Notes: generated by a model not told the origin, from the sequence alone. A stretch of 63,742 bases of DNA from Octopus bimaculoides (GCF_001194135.2 NC_068990.1:3755346-3819087), one strand, 5' to 3'; positions 14,252-26,954 are shown, counted from the stretch's first letter. Made by a program: numbers and translations.

Positions 14252-14480
14252 TTAGATACCACAGTACCAGCTGATCGGAATATCTCAGTTAAAAAATTCG
14301 AAAAATTAGATAAATACAAGCACCTAGAGATAGAAATCACTAGAATGTAGAAGCTGAAAACAATTTCTCTACCGATTGTTGTAGTAGAAGCACCAGACAT
14401 GGTTAAAAAAGGCTCTTCAATTTTCATTTATAAATTACCTGAAATATCGAATATACACAATATCCAAAAGATTGCGCTAG
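14252..14480 (+). mobile_element. Dong/R4 LINE RLE endonuclease remnant (copy A)
   Basis: DTTVPADRNISVKKFEKLDKYKHLEIEITRM*KLKTISLPIVVV..MVKKG..NIHNIQKIAL. Confidence 0.88.
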
Positions 14481-14654
14481 CCTCAACAACTATAGTTATA
14501 ACACAGTTACTAGCCTTAGGTCTCAGGTAGAGACCTGACTAACAACAAAATTGCACCGAAATCAAGCTAAATAATGAAATATGATAATAACAAAGCTTGA
14601 AGTTTGGGTGGAGGATGTAATCATTACATCAAACCTAGTGTACAACTATTTCTT

Positions 14655-14780
14655 CTTTCATCGACCTCAAAAGGATGAAAAGCTTAGTCGACCTCGGCAG
14701 AATTTGAACTCGAAACGTAACGACGAACGAAATACAGTTAAACATTTCATCCAGAATGCTAAAGATTCTCGCCGCCTTAA
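14655..14780 (-). mobile_element. Major SINE, 5' half, minus strand
   Basis: atcgacctcaaaaggatgaaaagcttagtcgacctcggcagaatttgaactc..ttctcgccgcc is the reverse complement of the SINE head and body. Confidence 0.8.
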
Positions 14781-14959
14781 AACAGCAGAGTTAATCCTTT
14801 CTACAAGGCCTGAAATTCGGTTGGAAGTGGCCAACTGAACACACTGGGCTCGATGCAACTGAGTCATCCCCACCCCCAAAATTGATGCCCATATGCCAAA
14901 AATTTGAAACGATTATATCAACTGTTTTTACGGCGAGAACAGTTAGCACCCTGGACGCT

Positions 14960-15233
14960 ATGAAGAGTGAAGACCCTTTTTCTTTAACCATGCTTGGTGC
15001 CCCTACTACAACAACCGGTAGAGTAACTGTTTTCAGTTTCTACATTCTGCTGATTTCTATCTCTAGATCCTTGTATTTACCTAATTTTTCAAATTCTTTG
15101 ACTGAGATATTTCGATCAGCTGGTACTGTCATATCTATTAGATAACAGGCATTTTGTTCATGATCCTTGACAAAAATGCCAGGTCTATTCGCATTTATCT
15201 GCTTGTCAGTATGGATAGCAACGTCATATGATC

Positions 15234-15235
<2 letters not shown>
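14960..15235 (-). mobile_element. Dong/R4 LINE RLE endonuclease remnant (copy B)
   Basis: YDVAIHTDKQINANRPGIFVKDHEQNACYLIDMTVPADRNISVKEFEKLGKYKDLEIEISRM*KLKTVTLPVVVVGAP (decayed PD-(D/E)xK region). Confidence 0.9.
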
Positions 15236-15273
<38 letters not shown>

Positions 15274-15325
15274 GTTATTATTATTATCCTCATCAGCATC
15301 ATCAGCATCACCTTCATCATCATCA

Positions 15326-15371
<46 letters not shown>

Positions 15372-16387
15372 TACTAGTGAAATAAAGTTTGCTAAATTCA
15401 TTATCGACGAAATGTCAATCGGTTGCTATATCCATGACAATGAAATCTGTCATCATCTTTTCAATCTTAGAATGGTACGTAGAAAAGTTGCAGATCTCTG
15501 ACGATGTGGCAGTAAATCTTCCTCATGTAATTCGCATTATGAAAATAATTATCATTCTATGTAAATGAACCGAATTTAACATGGTGTAAGTGAATATTTT
15601 ATAAACAGACACTTAAATTTAGTTTCATTTTGTTTGATGTGTGTGTATATTAATTTTTCGTAGGGATACCGCATTTCATTTTGCAATCATAACGTACACA
15701 CAAGTATACTACAGCTGTATAAGTGAATATCCTGTTCTACTTATTAAATAGTATTGTTAACTGTGTGATTTAATCAATTTAAGATATCTCTATATATATA
15801 CAGATATATATATAAATACACATTCACACACATATATGTATACAGGGAGACTGACAGATGTAGACATGTACAGATGGATAGATAAACAGCTTAATAGACT
15901 ATATATAAATACATAGATTCTTATATACACATACCTATATGCGAGTGTATGTGAGTGTGTGTGTATATATATGTATGTATGTGTTTATATATCTATCTAT
16001 TAATTTATGGATGTATATATGTATGTATGTATAGACGAGGGCGCGTGTATGTCTGTGTGTGCAAAAAGAAAATACTTTTGCTTTCAAGTATGTTATAAAT
16101 ATGGCCATGTTCTCCTTTATAAAAATTCTTTTATTTCTTTATTACTTCTTTGTGTTTGTAACAAGAGCGTTTCAAAATCCATTGCTCTAACCTTTCGAGA
16201 CTGTCGAAATTTCATTTTTAAAATAAATTGTCTTCACCTGTTCAACTTCATGTGAGAAAGTTTCCTCTATGTCTCTGTGTGTGTGTGTGTGTGTGCGCGC
16301 GCTTGTATGTGTGTGTGTGCGAGTGGGCTTGTTTGTGTAGACACACACACACGCATATATTTTATATACATATATACATACATATAT

Positions 16388-16422
<35 letters not shown>

Positions 16423-16783
16423 CATAGATAGATATGTATATAAACATATATATATACGTATGTATATGTATATGTGCACTTATATATGTGTGTGTATGTG
16501 TGCGTGTGTGTATGTATATTGTGAATATACACATCTATATGCATGTATAGACAGAAGCATATACAAACACCCACAGATAATAATCTAATAGAAATTTTGT
16601 TTGTGTTATATTTTTATGAATAACATCATGTAAAGCTATTTCGTTCGAGTTAACCCATTTAGATTTGAAAGATGACTTGTAGAAGCATTATCTGTCTATC
16701 TATCTACATATGTGTGTGTGTGTGTGTTTGTGTGTATACACATAAATATATATACACATACATATATATACATATATAAATAC

Positions 16784-16886
<103 letters not shown>

Positions 16887-18049
16887 CACGCGCATATATC
16901 TATCCATTTATTTATCTATCTGTCAACCTACATATATATGCGCGCACACACACATACACACACAGACTCACACATATATGTATATATATATAGATAGATA
17001 GATAGATAGATAGATAGATCTATATATAAGCATATGTATGCATGTAAGGGACCCTGAATGACTAGATTAGGAAGCGAACACCTTTCTCACGCATCGAAAT
17101 CGATCAGTTAAATTAACAAGTACCCCGACTTTGAAAAAATACAAAACCATCTCGTTGAGTTCACATATCAATAACATGTAAGAAACCATGTTCAGATAAA
17201 AGATGAAATAGAATTTCTAGGATGCATGTAATAATTCTCTATATTATTGTAGACGTATTTTATTGTATGTTTAAAAGAATATATTTATTGGTATCGTGTT
17301 GAGGAAGGATAAGTTTAAAGTGGTATCAAAGTTTCTATTATTATATCAATGAATCAATGATTTCTGTGAAGCGTCCTTTATTATTGGCAATGTGACAGAC
17401 TGTATTTGGTTTTCTTTTTTTTTACAATTATGTTTTTAATAGTTTCTTTTATGTAACCAATGCTTTTAACTTTCCACTCACATCGAGGTATAATAAAATA
17501 TGAACTCAACGAGACGCGACATACAGAGAAACATAGAAATCAGAAATAGAGAGAGAGAGAGCGAGAGAGAGAGAGGGGGGGAGAGGGGGGAGGAGGAAAG
17601 TGTGTGTGCACACGCGAGCAACTCTGTATGTGTATGCGCCGGCGCGTGAGTATTACAAGAAGCTAACGAACAACATGATGATTGTAACTAATATAGAGAT
17701 AAAATAGAAAATAAAATCGACAGAATAAGCAGAAAATATTCAAGTAAAAAATGCCACAGCAAGAAAGGGTGAGACAAAGATTGCTGGACAAAGACATTCA
17801 GTAAGAAAGTAAAAGAGCAACAGGAAGATAATCTGAGAAAGAGAGAAACAATGAAAGCACCCGGGGAGAGAGAGGAGAGTGAAATTGAGAAATGAGTATC
17901 CCTTTCAGTTTTAACTAGTCCAGTCACAATTTAGTTGTTTTCACGTTCTATTTAGTCTGGTTTGATATTTGTATTATGTTAGTCTAACGAAGATGTTGCA
18001 GTGAGAAGCGATTTCCAGTAGCAAAATGTGGGAAGGTTATAAAAGCACC

Positions 18050-18149
18050 CCTCTTACAGTTGGTGCGCCACTGCTGCTACACACTCAGAGGTTCTTGATC
18101 ACATCCAGAGAAAAGCTTCTCGACTAAATGTCATGAAGTCTTTTATTTC

Positions 18150-18191
<42 letters not shown>

Positions 18192-18500
18192 NNNNNNNNN
18201 NNNNNNNNNNNNNNNNNNNNNNNNNNNNNNNNNNNNNNNNNNNNNNNNNNNNNNNNNNNNNNNNNNNNNNNNNNNNNNNNNNNNNNNNNNNTTTGTGACA
18301 GTTTCACCCAGGCACTCGCGACTAACTCGCCTCTCTTCCTCCTATCACCCACGTTGTGTCCAGCCCCGCACTCAACAACCCAACCGTAAGCAACGCCTAG
18401 TCTTTATTTTCCAAAACATTGAACCAATGGAATCTACGTACAACGTATGTTGTTTTGTCTTTTCCTTCGGACATCAACTTCAACAGCTGAGGTGAAAAAT
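18050..18500 (+). mobile_element. CR1/L2-type LINE 3' remnant, split by (TCTA)n and a 100-N gap
   Basis: SYSWC..EVLDHIQRKASRL (LDRIQRKA.RL motif), then HSRLTR..HPRCV and FSKTLNQWNL (FFP.T...WN.L motif). Confidence 0.7.
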
Positions 18501-18903
18501 TAACATCAATAATTTTCACAACGATACCAATAGATCGTATTAGGTGGCCATATTATCTAAGCTTTCTTGAATTCCCCGTTATGAAGAAAAAGGTTTTATA
18601 GGGGTAGCTATGTAATAACGATTGTTCTGCGAACGCGTTCATTCCTGACGTGATCCAATTACGGGAAGCCTAAGATGCTGCATTAGCATCTCATATTCAA
18701 TGCCTGCAGCTTCCCCTTTTTTACTACACAAACAGTGATAATACATACATACATATATATATATATATATTTTGTTTAAAAGAGTTCCAACACTGTCTGT
18801 TTTTTATGTTTTATTTATATTCCTGCAAAACCAATGTGGGATATAGAATATGGAATATACAATATATAATATAATATCCAATATATAATATAAAATAAAA
18901 ATG

Positions 18904-19236
18904 GATGGTACTATGAAATAAAGTATTGAATGTCTTATTGAATATATGGAATATGTCTTATTGAATAGATGAAATATTGAGTGTTCAATATAAAGGATTA
19001 ATTATATAAAGGCGAATACGTATTTTCTATATCTTGTGGTATTTCATCATGGCCGGTAAGATAGACTTTAACAGACTGTCATACCGGCCATGATGAAATA
19101 CCACAAGGTATAGAAAATACGTATTCGCCTTCATATATTTAATCCTTTATATTGAACACTCAATATTTCATCTATTCAATAAGACATATTCCATATATTC
19201 AATAAGACATTCAATACTTTATTCCATAGTACCATC
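18904..19236. repeat. Near-perfect long inverted repeat / fold-back element: about 155-bp arms, 23-nt spacer
   Basis: 18904-19058 is the reverse complement of 19082-19236, with about 4 differences by eye. The right arm abuts an N-gap. Confidence 0.95.
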
Positions 19237-20466
19237 NNNNNNNNNNNNNNNNNNNNNNNNNNNNNNNNNNNNNNNNNNNNNNNNNNNNNNNNNNNNNNNN
19301 NNNNNNNNNNNNNNNNNNNNNNNNNNNNNNNNNNNNNNNNNNNNNNNNNNNNNNNNNNNNNNNNNNNNNNNNNNNNNNNNNNNNNNNNNNNNNNNNNNNN
19401 NNNNNNNNNNNNNNNNNNNNNNNNNNNNNNNNNNNNNNNNNNNNNNNNNNNNNNNNNNNNNNNNNNNNNNNNNNNNNNNNNNNNNNNNNNNNNNNNNNNN
19501 NNNNNNNNNNNNNNNNNNNNNNNNNNNNNNNNNNNNNNNNNNNNNNNNNNNNNNNNNNNNNNNNNNNNNNNNNNNNNNNNNNNNNNNNNNNNNNNNNNNN
19601 NNNNNNNNNNNNNNNNNNNNNNNNNNNNNNNNNNNNNNNNNNNNNNNNNNNNNNNNNNNNNNNNNNNNNNNNNNNNNNNNNNNNNNNNNNNNNNNNNNNN
19701 NNNNNNNNNNNNNNNNNNNNNNNNNNNNNNNNNNNNNNNNNNNNNNNNNNNNNNNNNNNNNNNNNNNNNNNNNNNNNNNNNNNNNNNNNNNNNNNNNNNN
19801 NNNNNNNNNNNNNNNNNNNNNNNNNNNNNNNNNNNNNNNNNNNNNNNNNNNNNNNNNNNNNNNNNNNNNNNNNNNNNNNNNNNNNNNNNNNNNNNNNNNN
19901 NNNNNTATATATATATATATATATATATGCATATATACATACATATTATGAATGTAAGTACGTATGTATGTATACTTATAACCAGGTGAACAGGGCTTTA
20001 CAGCACAATGGCACACAAATTTTAAAAGTAAGTTACTAAGTGAAAATCTCAAAAGAATAAAAGACTTCTGGAGAATATATACACATGTCGATTATTTCAG
20101 CCCTTACATCGATCCTCTTTCTAGCTTTTGTTTTCATCCGTTATCAACCACACAAATACAGATTTATATTCATATCTCCGATAATTCTGTTTGTCGTTGA
20201 TAAGCAATGAGAAGGAAAACTTGATAGAAGAATCGATTTCAGGTTTAAACGATCAGCATTAACACTCACGCACACTCACAGATACACGCATACATATATA
20301 CATATCTACAACTCTATCTATGTTTATCTATTAATACATATGTGTGTGTGTGTGTGTGTGTGCGTGCGTGCATGGGTGCTTGCTTGTATCAATGTATGTA
20401 TATACATATGTGCTTATATGTAGATACATGCTTTTATAGTTGAATAGAGAGATAGATAGATTGATT

Positions 20467-20520
<54 letters not shown>

Positions 20521-20547
20521 CAGATAGACAGATATATAGGTCGTCAA

Positions 20548-20589
<42 letters not shown>

Positions 20590-20639
20590 GTATGCATGCA
20601 TTCATACAGCCACACATTAATACATACACCCGCCCAGTG

Positions 20640-21130
20640 GATATAAGCATAAATCTAAAAATGCCCGTAAAAGAAAACACCTACACTGAACTATTGAGAA
20701 ATCTACAATTACTCCTCCCAGATTATAAATTAAGGCTCATATATGTAGTTATTTGGGCACTGGGATATGTAACAATGCCTAAATACCAATCCTGACAAAT
20801 TAGGCTTCTCAAAACCAAAATGGAGAAAGCTGATTCGAAAGCAACAGTTCAAAGCCATCACTAGAATTGTAAAAATTTGTAAGACTTTCCAGCAGTTTAT
20901 CATTTAAGTATACATACGCACGTTCAGACATATAAGTATATGCATGAGAATATATACATAAAACAAAACATAAAAATGTGCACATGCACTAACTCGAAAT
21001 AGTGCACACATGCACGCATACACTCATACACGCAAAAATGTTGTTGAAATTCTAATGAAGGCGCTTTGGATCTAGGTTAGAAACCGACTCCTCTTCTAAT
21101 GGCAACAAATCTTGAAATAAAACTGTATAA
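20640..21130 (+). mobile_element. RLE-type LINE 3' end (ORF end plus 3'UTR) with an (ACAT)n tail
   Basis: PVDISINLKMPVKENTYTELLRNLQLLLPDYKLRLIYVVIWALGYV..KLGFSKPKWRKLIRK..IVKICKTFQQFII*. The 3'UTR ggatctaggttagaaaccg..aaatcttgaaataaaactg is followed by tacatacatac. Confidence 0.85.
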
Positions 21131-22277
21131 TTACATACATACATACATACATACATACATGCATACATACATACATACATACATACATACAAATATAAAC
21201 ACTTTTAAATGTATAGATGAGAGGAAGTATGCAATATAGCCCGTAATACAGAGAAACTTGATGAGTTGTGTATGTGTGTGTGTATGTTGCCTATCTCGCC
21301 TACTCAGCATTTCTCGTGTATAAATAAATCTATGCTATTTATTTCCTGTTACATATAGAGTTTTACACAATTATGTATAGCTTTGACTACAGTGAAGCTT
21401 ATATAGACCCAGGTGTGTCGAAATTTCGGACAATCCTTTGAGTTAATTGTATATTCTCCTTTAAGTGTGTGTGTTCTTGCTTCATATGTACTTCATGACA
21501 ATACAGAACATAATTAACTTTATTACATTGCATGTATCATGTTTCTGTTTCTTCCATTTATTCCCACAAAATAGAATTAAACGAGCTTCCCAGGAATGCA
21601 AACAAGCATGTATGTCATTGAACTTACAAAAAGTATGTATACATATATACATCTATCATGTTTTTTTGCCTGAAGTTGAATAAAGGAACTTGAATGATAC
21701 AAAAAAACTACATCCCCATTTATGTTGATATTTTAAATCTGTAGACTACGTGCTAAAATTTGAGATTCATCCAAAAGCGTTCTTTCCTTCAGAAAGCAAT
21801 TCCTAAAAGAGAGAGAAAAACAACGTAATGCGAGACATGAAATTACTAGCGTTAGTTATATATCATCAACAGGTTATTACGAATCGCTGTTAGACAGTCT
21901 GGGTGAACTCTTTGAAGTGAGAAACTTCAAATTAGTTATTGAACTGTCCATAAGAGTTTTGGCATCGCCCCAAAACATTGCAGCAGAATTTACTCAGCTC
22001 AATATTCATCATTACTTTAGCAATTTCACATAACAACATGAATGCATATCGCATTTGAAGAGGGTTTTTTTTCTTATATTTTACTTTGATCAAAATATAG
22101 AGTATATCAGTTCTAATATTATCTTATGTTAATATTCACGCAAAATATATGGATTAATTTCAATGCGCATGCGAACTTAACTATCGGTATGCCCATGTTA
22201 GTATTATATATATGCATTGTATTTATGTACCCATTAATAAAAATGAATATAAATATATACATATAGACTCACGCACG

Positions 22278-22313
<36 letters not shown>

Positions 22314-23049
22314 TATATATATATTAATACATATATATATATAAATTAATATATATATATATAAATGTATATAAATGTGTATATATATATATAAATGTAT
22401 ATGTATATATATACAAATAACTATATATATAGACATACATATATATATACACACACACATATATCTGATTAAAAGCAGCTGATGGAAAACAACACAAAGG
22501 GGCCAATGTGCATGGGTTTGGATAATTATGTAAAGTTGGGAATGACATACACAGTAAATTATTAATTTACTGAATATATTTTTTTTGTCAGAAAAGCAAA
22601 TATACAATCATAGCGTGAGTTGTGAGCATATCTGGTGAGAACATACAGATCATATCAAGAAATCAAATATAACATCTTGATTAGATAAACATATTTCGGA
22701 CAAGTTGAGTTAGATATTGTATGGGAGTGCAGAAAGACAATAAATACATACAGTACATCAACAGGTGTAGCACTCATGAAGAGAATTGCAACTGCTTCCG
22801 ATCATACTAAAACGTCCATGTGACAGAGGCTACAGTAGTAGTGGCATTTTATTGTCGCAAATGTATGATAGCATCACGTCGGCAATAAGGTCTGCAGTGC
22901 GTGACTGCCAAAATCTTTGAGACATTAGCAAATGGAGAATCACAGCCAGCTATATCACAAGATGTGATTTGTTGTCGCTAATATATAGGAAAACAAGAAA
23001 TATATACATATACACACACTCACACACATATATGTGCATTTCGTGTAAT

Positions 23050-23112
<63 letters not shown>

Positions 23113-23122
23113 CGAAGGATGA

Positions 23123-23285
23123 CTGTGTGGTAGGAACTTCGCGTTCTAACCACACGGATCCGGATTCAGTTTCAGTGCGTGGTGCCTTAGACAAGTGTGT
23201 TCTACTACACACTCGGTTCGACTAAAACAAATATTGTGAGTGATTTGCTGGACAGAAGTAGAAAGATACCCGTCATATATGTGTT
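23123..23285 (+). mobile_element. Second tRNA-derived SINE family
   Basis: gtgtggtaggaac..ctaaccacacggatccggattcagtttcagtgcgtggtgccttagacaagtgtgttctac; same family as about 41095-41195. Confidence 0.7.
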
Positions 23286-23489
23286 TGTATGCATGCATGC
23301 ATGCATGTATGTATGTATGTATGTATGTAGAACTTAGCGAACTTAGATATGTTTCGGCTAAGGATTGACCCAGGTCATTCCTAACTTAATGGCGCAACCT
23401 GATAGGATCTGTTACTTCATTTTTAAGTCGAATTTGAGGATATCATGGCCCATTCAAGTAGGGAGTTGTTGTTGGCTGAGATGTATTGA

Positions 23490-23800
23490 GGTGTAGGTGT
23501 CTTATCTGGTATCCTCTGCCGCCACGAAAGCCATGCTGGCTGGAAGATTGTGGCTTTCTAGGACGCTAGTTTCCTTAATCTCACCACCCCTGACATGGGT
23601 GGGGAGTGAGATTGAGCGATAGTTAACTGCAAGAGATTGTTTCCCTTTTTGGAGACAAGGATAACACTTTGGGACAAGAACTGTTTCGGTATATAGCCTA
23701 GTCTACAGAATTTTTTCAGAGATTGGTTAGAAGGGTTGCAAGGTGGAGTCGGCAGTCAATCAGGTTACTAGGTAGGAATGTATTAGGGCCTACTGCACAA
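23490..23800 (-). mobile_element. CR1-type LINE reverse transcriptase remnant (start of the RT domain)
   Basis: Minus frames: VILVSKKGN / AVNYRSISL / SQHGFRGGRG correspond to the motifs KKG..NYRPISLTS..QHGFR.GRS. Confidence 0.75.
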
Positions 23801-23829
23801 TAATACTTGATATAATTTATTGTTGCTAA

Positions 23830-24035
23830 GGCGGCGAGCTAGCAGAATCGTGAATACACTAGGGAAAATGCTTAGCTGCATTTCGTCTGTCTTTACGGCC
23901 TGAGTTCAAATTCTGCCGAGGTTGACTTTGCTTTTCAGGGTCGATAAAATATAATTACCAGTTATACACTAGGGTCCATGTACTCAACTTACCCTTCTCC
24001 TGAACCTGCTGGCCTTGTGCTAAAATTTGAAATCA
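23830..24035 (+). mobile_element. Major SINE
   Basis: ggcggcgagctagcagaatcg..gagttcaaattctgccgaggttgactttgc..ggccttgtgctaaaatttgaaatc. Confidence 0.88.
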
Positions 24036-24561
24036 TTATTTATTGTTGTTATGATGTCGGTAACAGTAACAGTTATGTTAGAGCTAATAAGTTGGGGATT
24101 GATTTTCTTCAGAACCCTTGAGTCACTGGGCCAACGGATGAAACAGCGGCCCTATGTTAGTTGGCATATGAATAGAACACATTTAGTGTCTGTTTGTGCG
24201 TATGTATATATTTGAATCTATTCCAACGTATGCATTGCTCGGGAATACCAGCACATAATTTTCATAATATATGCATATAAGTCGTGGTCTGGTGCTATGA
24301 TTGATATCCGATTCTGGTCCGGTACGTATGTGATATTGATAAGCCACAATAATTGCAAAACACTCTTGGGTGGTATCTGCAGTGAGTTATCTCGCCTGTT
24401 CAAAGAGAAGAAAAAGAGTAAAAAGAAGAAAATAGAGAAATTGACATCAGTTTATTCAAAGAGTAATACAATTAATGCAATTCTATTTTCTATTTATTGG
24501 AATACCTTTGAATAAACAGATGTCTAAACGTCAATTTCTCCATTCTCTTTCTTTTAACTCA

Positions 24562-24596
<35 letters not shown>

Positions 24597-24599
<3 letters not shown>

Positions 24600-24813
24600 G
24601 GTGTTATTCAAATTCTTTTATTTCCGACACATGTTTCGAAGATGTCATTGTTATTATTCTAAAGGAATCAAATGATGTAAAACAAAGTACTCTTCATTTA
24701 CCTGAAGAGACGATTACATTGTTTTACACCATTTTATTCCTTTGGAATAATACCAATGACATCTTCGAAACATATGTCGGAAGTAAAAGAATAGAATTTT
24801 GAATAACACATGC
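24597..24813. mobile_element. Fold-back MITE-like element with about 95-bp inverted arms
   Basis: gtgttattcaaattc..ttccgacacatgtttcgaagatgtcattg..aaaggaat..tgtaaaacaa pairs with ttgttttaca..attcctttg..caatgacatcttcgaaacatatgtcggaa..gaattttgaataacac. Central hairpin ctcttca-tttacc-tgaagag. Confidence 0.88.
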
Positions 24814-24968
24814 GTTTAACTCCATTCATTTATTTATATATATTATACAAAATATTTACTTTAAAAATAAGGTGTTACGCCCTTTTTACTCGTGTGATTT
24901 TTTGCTACCCTGGTAGTTGTTTATGTATTTTTCCATGTAAATTGTAAACAAAAGGAAACAAATACACA

Positions 24969-25017
<49 letters not shown>

Positions 25018-25027
25018 NNNNNNNNNN

Positions 25028-25082
<55 letters not shown>

Positions 25083-25083
<1 letters not shown>

Positions 25084-25470
25084 TAGCTTAAAAACCACCC
25101 GACAGGGCGGCTTTTAAGTTAGTATGTAGCTTTTTAAGCAACTAACATCGAATGGGAAGATCTGCAAACAGATCTCTGAATTGTTTTGGCGAATTTGTTG
25201 CAATTGCTTCCTCCAGAGTCATATCCGAATGATAATAATATTCGTCATTGTGAAATGTATCTCTTTCTTAAAGCTTCCTAGATACGATGCGACTTTGCAT
25301 CTCTATTGTTGCGATTAAAATGATTGCCTTCTGGTATATATTTGGCGTACACAAAGCATGTCCATTCAACGGAAATCTTTTTAAATGTAAATTGTGATTA
25401 GCTGAGAAACTCTTCGCTCTTACAATTAACCGTTCATTCGGGAACGTATTTAAGCAGGACTGTTCGTACA
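25083..25470 (-). mobile_element. Probable Helitron remnant (RepHel fragment plus 3' hairpin and CTRR end)
   Basis: Minus frame NDEYYYHSDMTLEEAIATNSPKQFRDLFADLPIRC fits the RepHel pattern DD..W..TL.EA.....P.QLR.LFA.....C. Downstream are hairpin gccgccc-tgtc-gggtggt and CTAA|T at 25086-25083. Confidence 0.58.
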
Positions 25471-25924
25471 ATCAAATGTGCTGATTCAGTTGGAATAATT
25501 GAGTGGAAGACTTACTATTCAAACTCATCACGTATAAAGATTTCATATCCACTCTGGCTTTATTTCAATATACCTATCGATGAAAGGCATTAACCACATA
25601 TGTTTATCTTTACCTTGTTCAGGGCTTACGTCTCAAATCTTATATTATTAATTATTATGCATTGCTGACTTCATTGATGCTTATTCTATACAATCCTTAA
25701 AGCTGAGTAATTGAAACCAGTCATCGGTTTCAGGTGGATATTTCAATATTAAAATGTGTGTATGTGTGTATGTGTGTCTGTGTGTGTGAATGTATTATGC
25801 ATGTATGTATAAATGCATGTATGTATGTATTATATAAGTACGTATATATGTGTGTGTATGCATGCATGTATGTATGCATATATGTATGTATATATGCATG
25901 TATGTATGCACATATGTGTGTATA

Positions 25925-26510
25925 AGATTTATTTAAGTTCTTCTTAAGAGACTTCAAGCCGGTCGCAAACAATCCGACAAGGCCTTCTGAGTTAAGAGGG
26001 TTCCTGGTGTTTGTAAATAGGCGATTGAGCTGTTGATTCAGATATCCAAGTGTGTGCATCTATTCATCTAAAAAATCTTTGGAATGTTTTACAAATCTCG
26101 ACTGTATCACTAATAGACTGGATTTGGAGATTTCACGTCAGTTTCTTTCTCGTTGAAAAACCTAGTAATTCTAGGTCACGTATAAATCTGATGATACATT
26201 GCCCAATGCACCTATGATAATAAGTAAAAATTAGAACATATTGTTAGAGTACAGGAGCTGTAAGTTCCGCATTAATTCACTATAAATGTTCACTTTTTCC
26301 TGAACTTCTCATTGTACATTCACATCCGATGGGCAGCTAGCCTCTACAACAATGCGTATTTGTTCCCTTTCACACAGAACAATACCAGGACTGTTATATC
26401 CGCACCGAATTGGTGATTTCATTGAAATGTTCCACCAGTATTCCTTGTTTTTCAAGATCAGGGCAATTCTTCCTGTGGGTGAAATTGTAAATAGTTTTTT
26501 GCAAATAAGT
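25925..26510 (-). mobile_element. RLE-type LINE 3' end, same family as 20640
   Basis: Minus frames: KEYWWNISMKSPIRCGYNSPGIVLCEREQIRIVVEASCPSDVNV..EKVNIYSELMRNLQLLY..IIIGALG..VEICKTFQRFF. (TATG)n on both flanks. Confidence 0.85.
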
Positions 26511-26644
26511 GATGCTGCAGGGTATGTATGTACGTATGTATGTAAATATGCATGTATATATCTATGTATATATAAGTATACATGTGTATATATGTATATA
26601 TAAATATGTGTATGTATGAATGTATGTATGTATGTATGTATTAT

Positions 26645-26870
26645 GGCGGCGAGCTGGCAGAATCGTTAGCACGCCGGGCGAAATGCTTAGCGATATTTCG
26701 TCTGCCGTTCTGAGTTCAAATTCCGCCGAGGTCGACTTTGCGTTTCATCCTTTCGGGTCGATAATTTAAGTACCAGTTACGCACTGGGGTCGATCAAATC
26801 GACTTAATTCCTTTGTCCGTCCTTGTTTGTCCCCTCTGTGTGTATCCCTTTGTGGGCAGTAAAGAAATAA
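26645..26870 (+). mobile_element. Major SINE, young full-length copy with tail type 1
   Basis: ggcggcgagctggcagaatcgttagcacgccgggcgaaatgcttagc..ttctgagttcaaattccgccgaggtcgactttgc..tttgtccgtccttgtttgtcccctctg..tgtgggcagtaaagaaata. Confidence 0.95.
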
Positions 26871-26954
26871 GAAATGTATGTATGAATGAATGTATGTATG
26901 TATGTATGTATGTATGTATGCGTGAATGTATGTACGAAAGTATGCGTGCGTACG

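Noticed and set aside
15398-15500. FIIDEMS, resembling the PIF1 helicase motif II
   Set aside because: An isolated 7-aa match with no Walker A or downstream motifs.
21764-22033. 89-codon stop-free + frame without a start Met
   Set aside because: No recognisable motif or good donor. A rough estimate at about 33% GC (stop probability about 0.075 per codon) predicts a few such frames by chance in this window.
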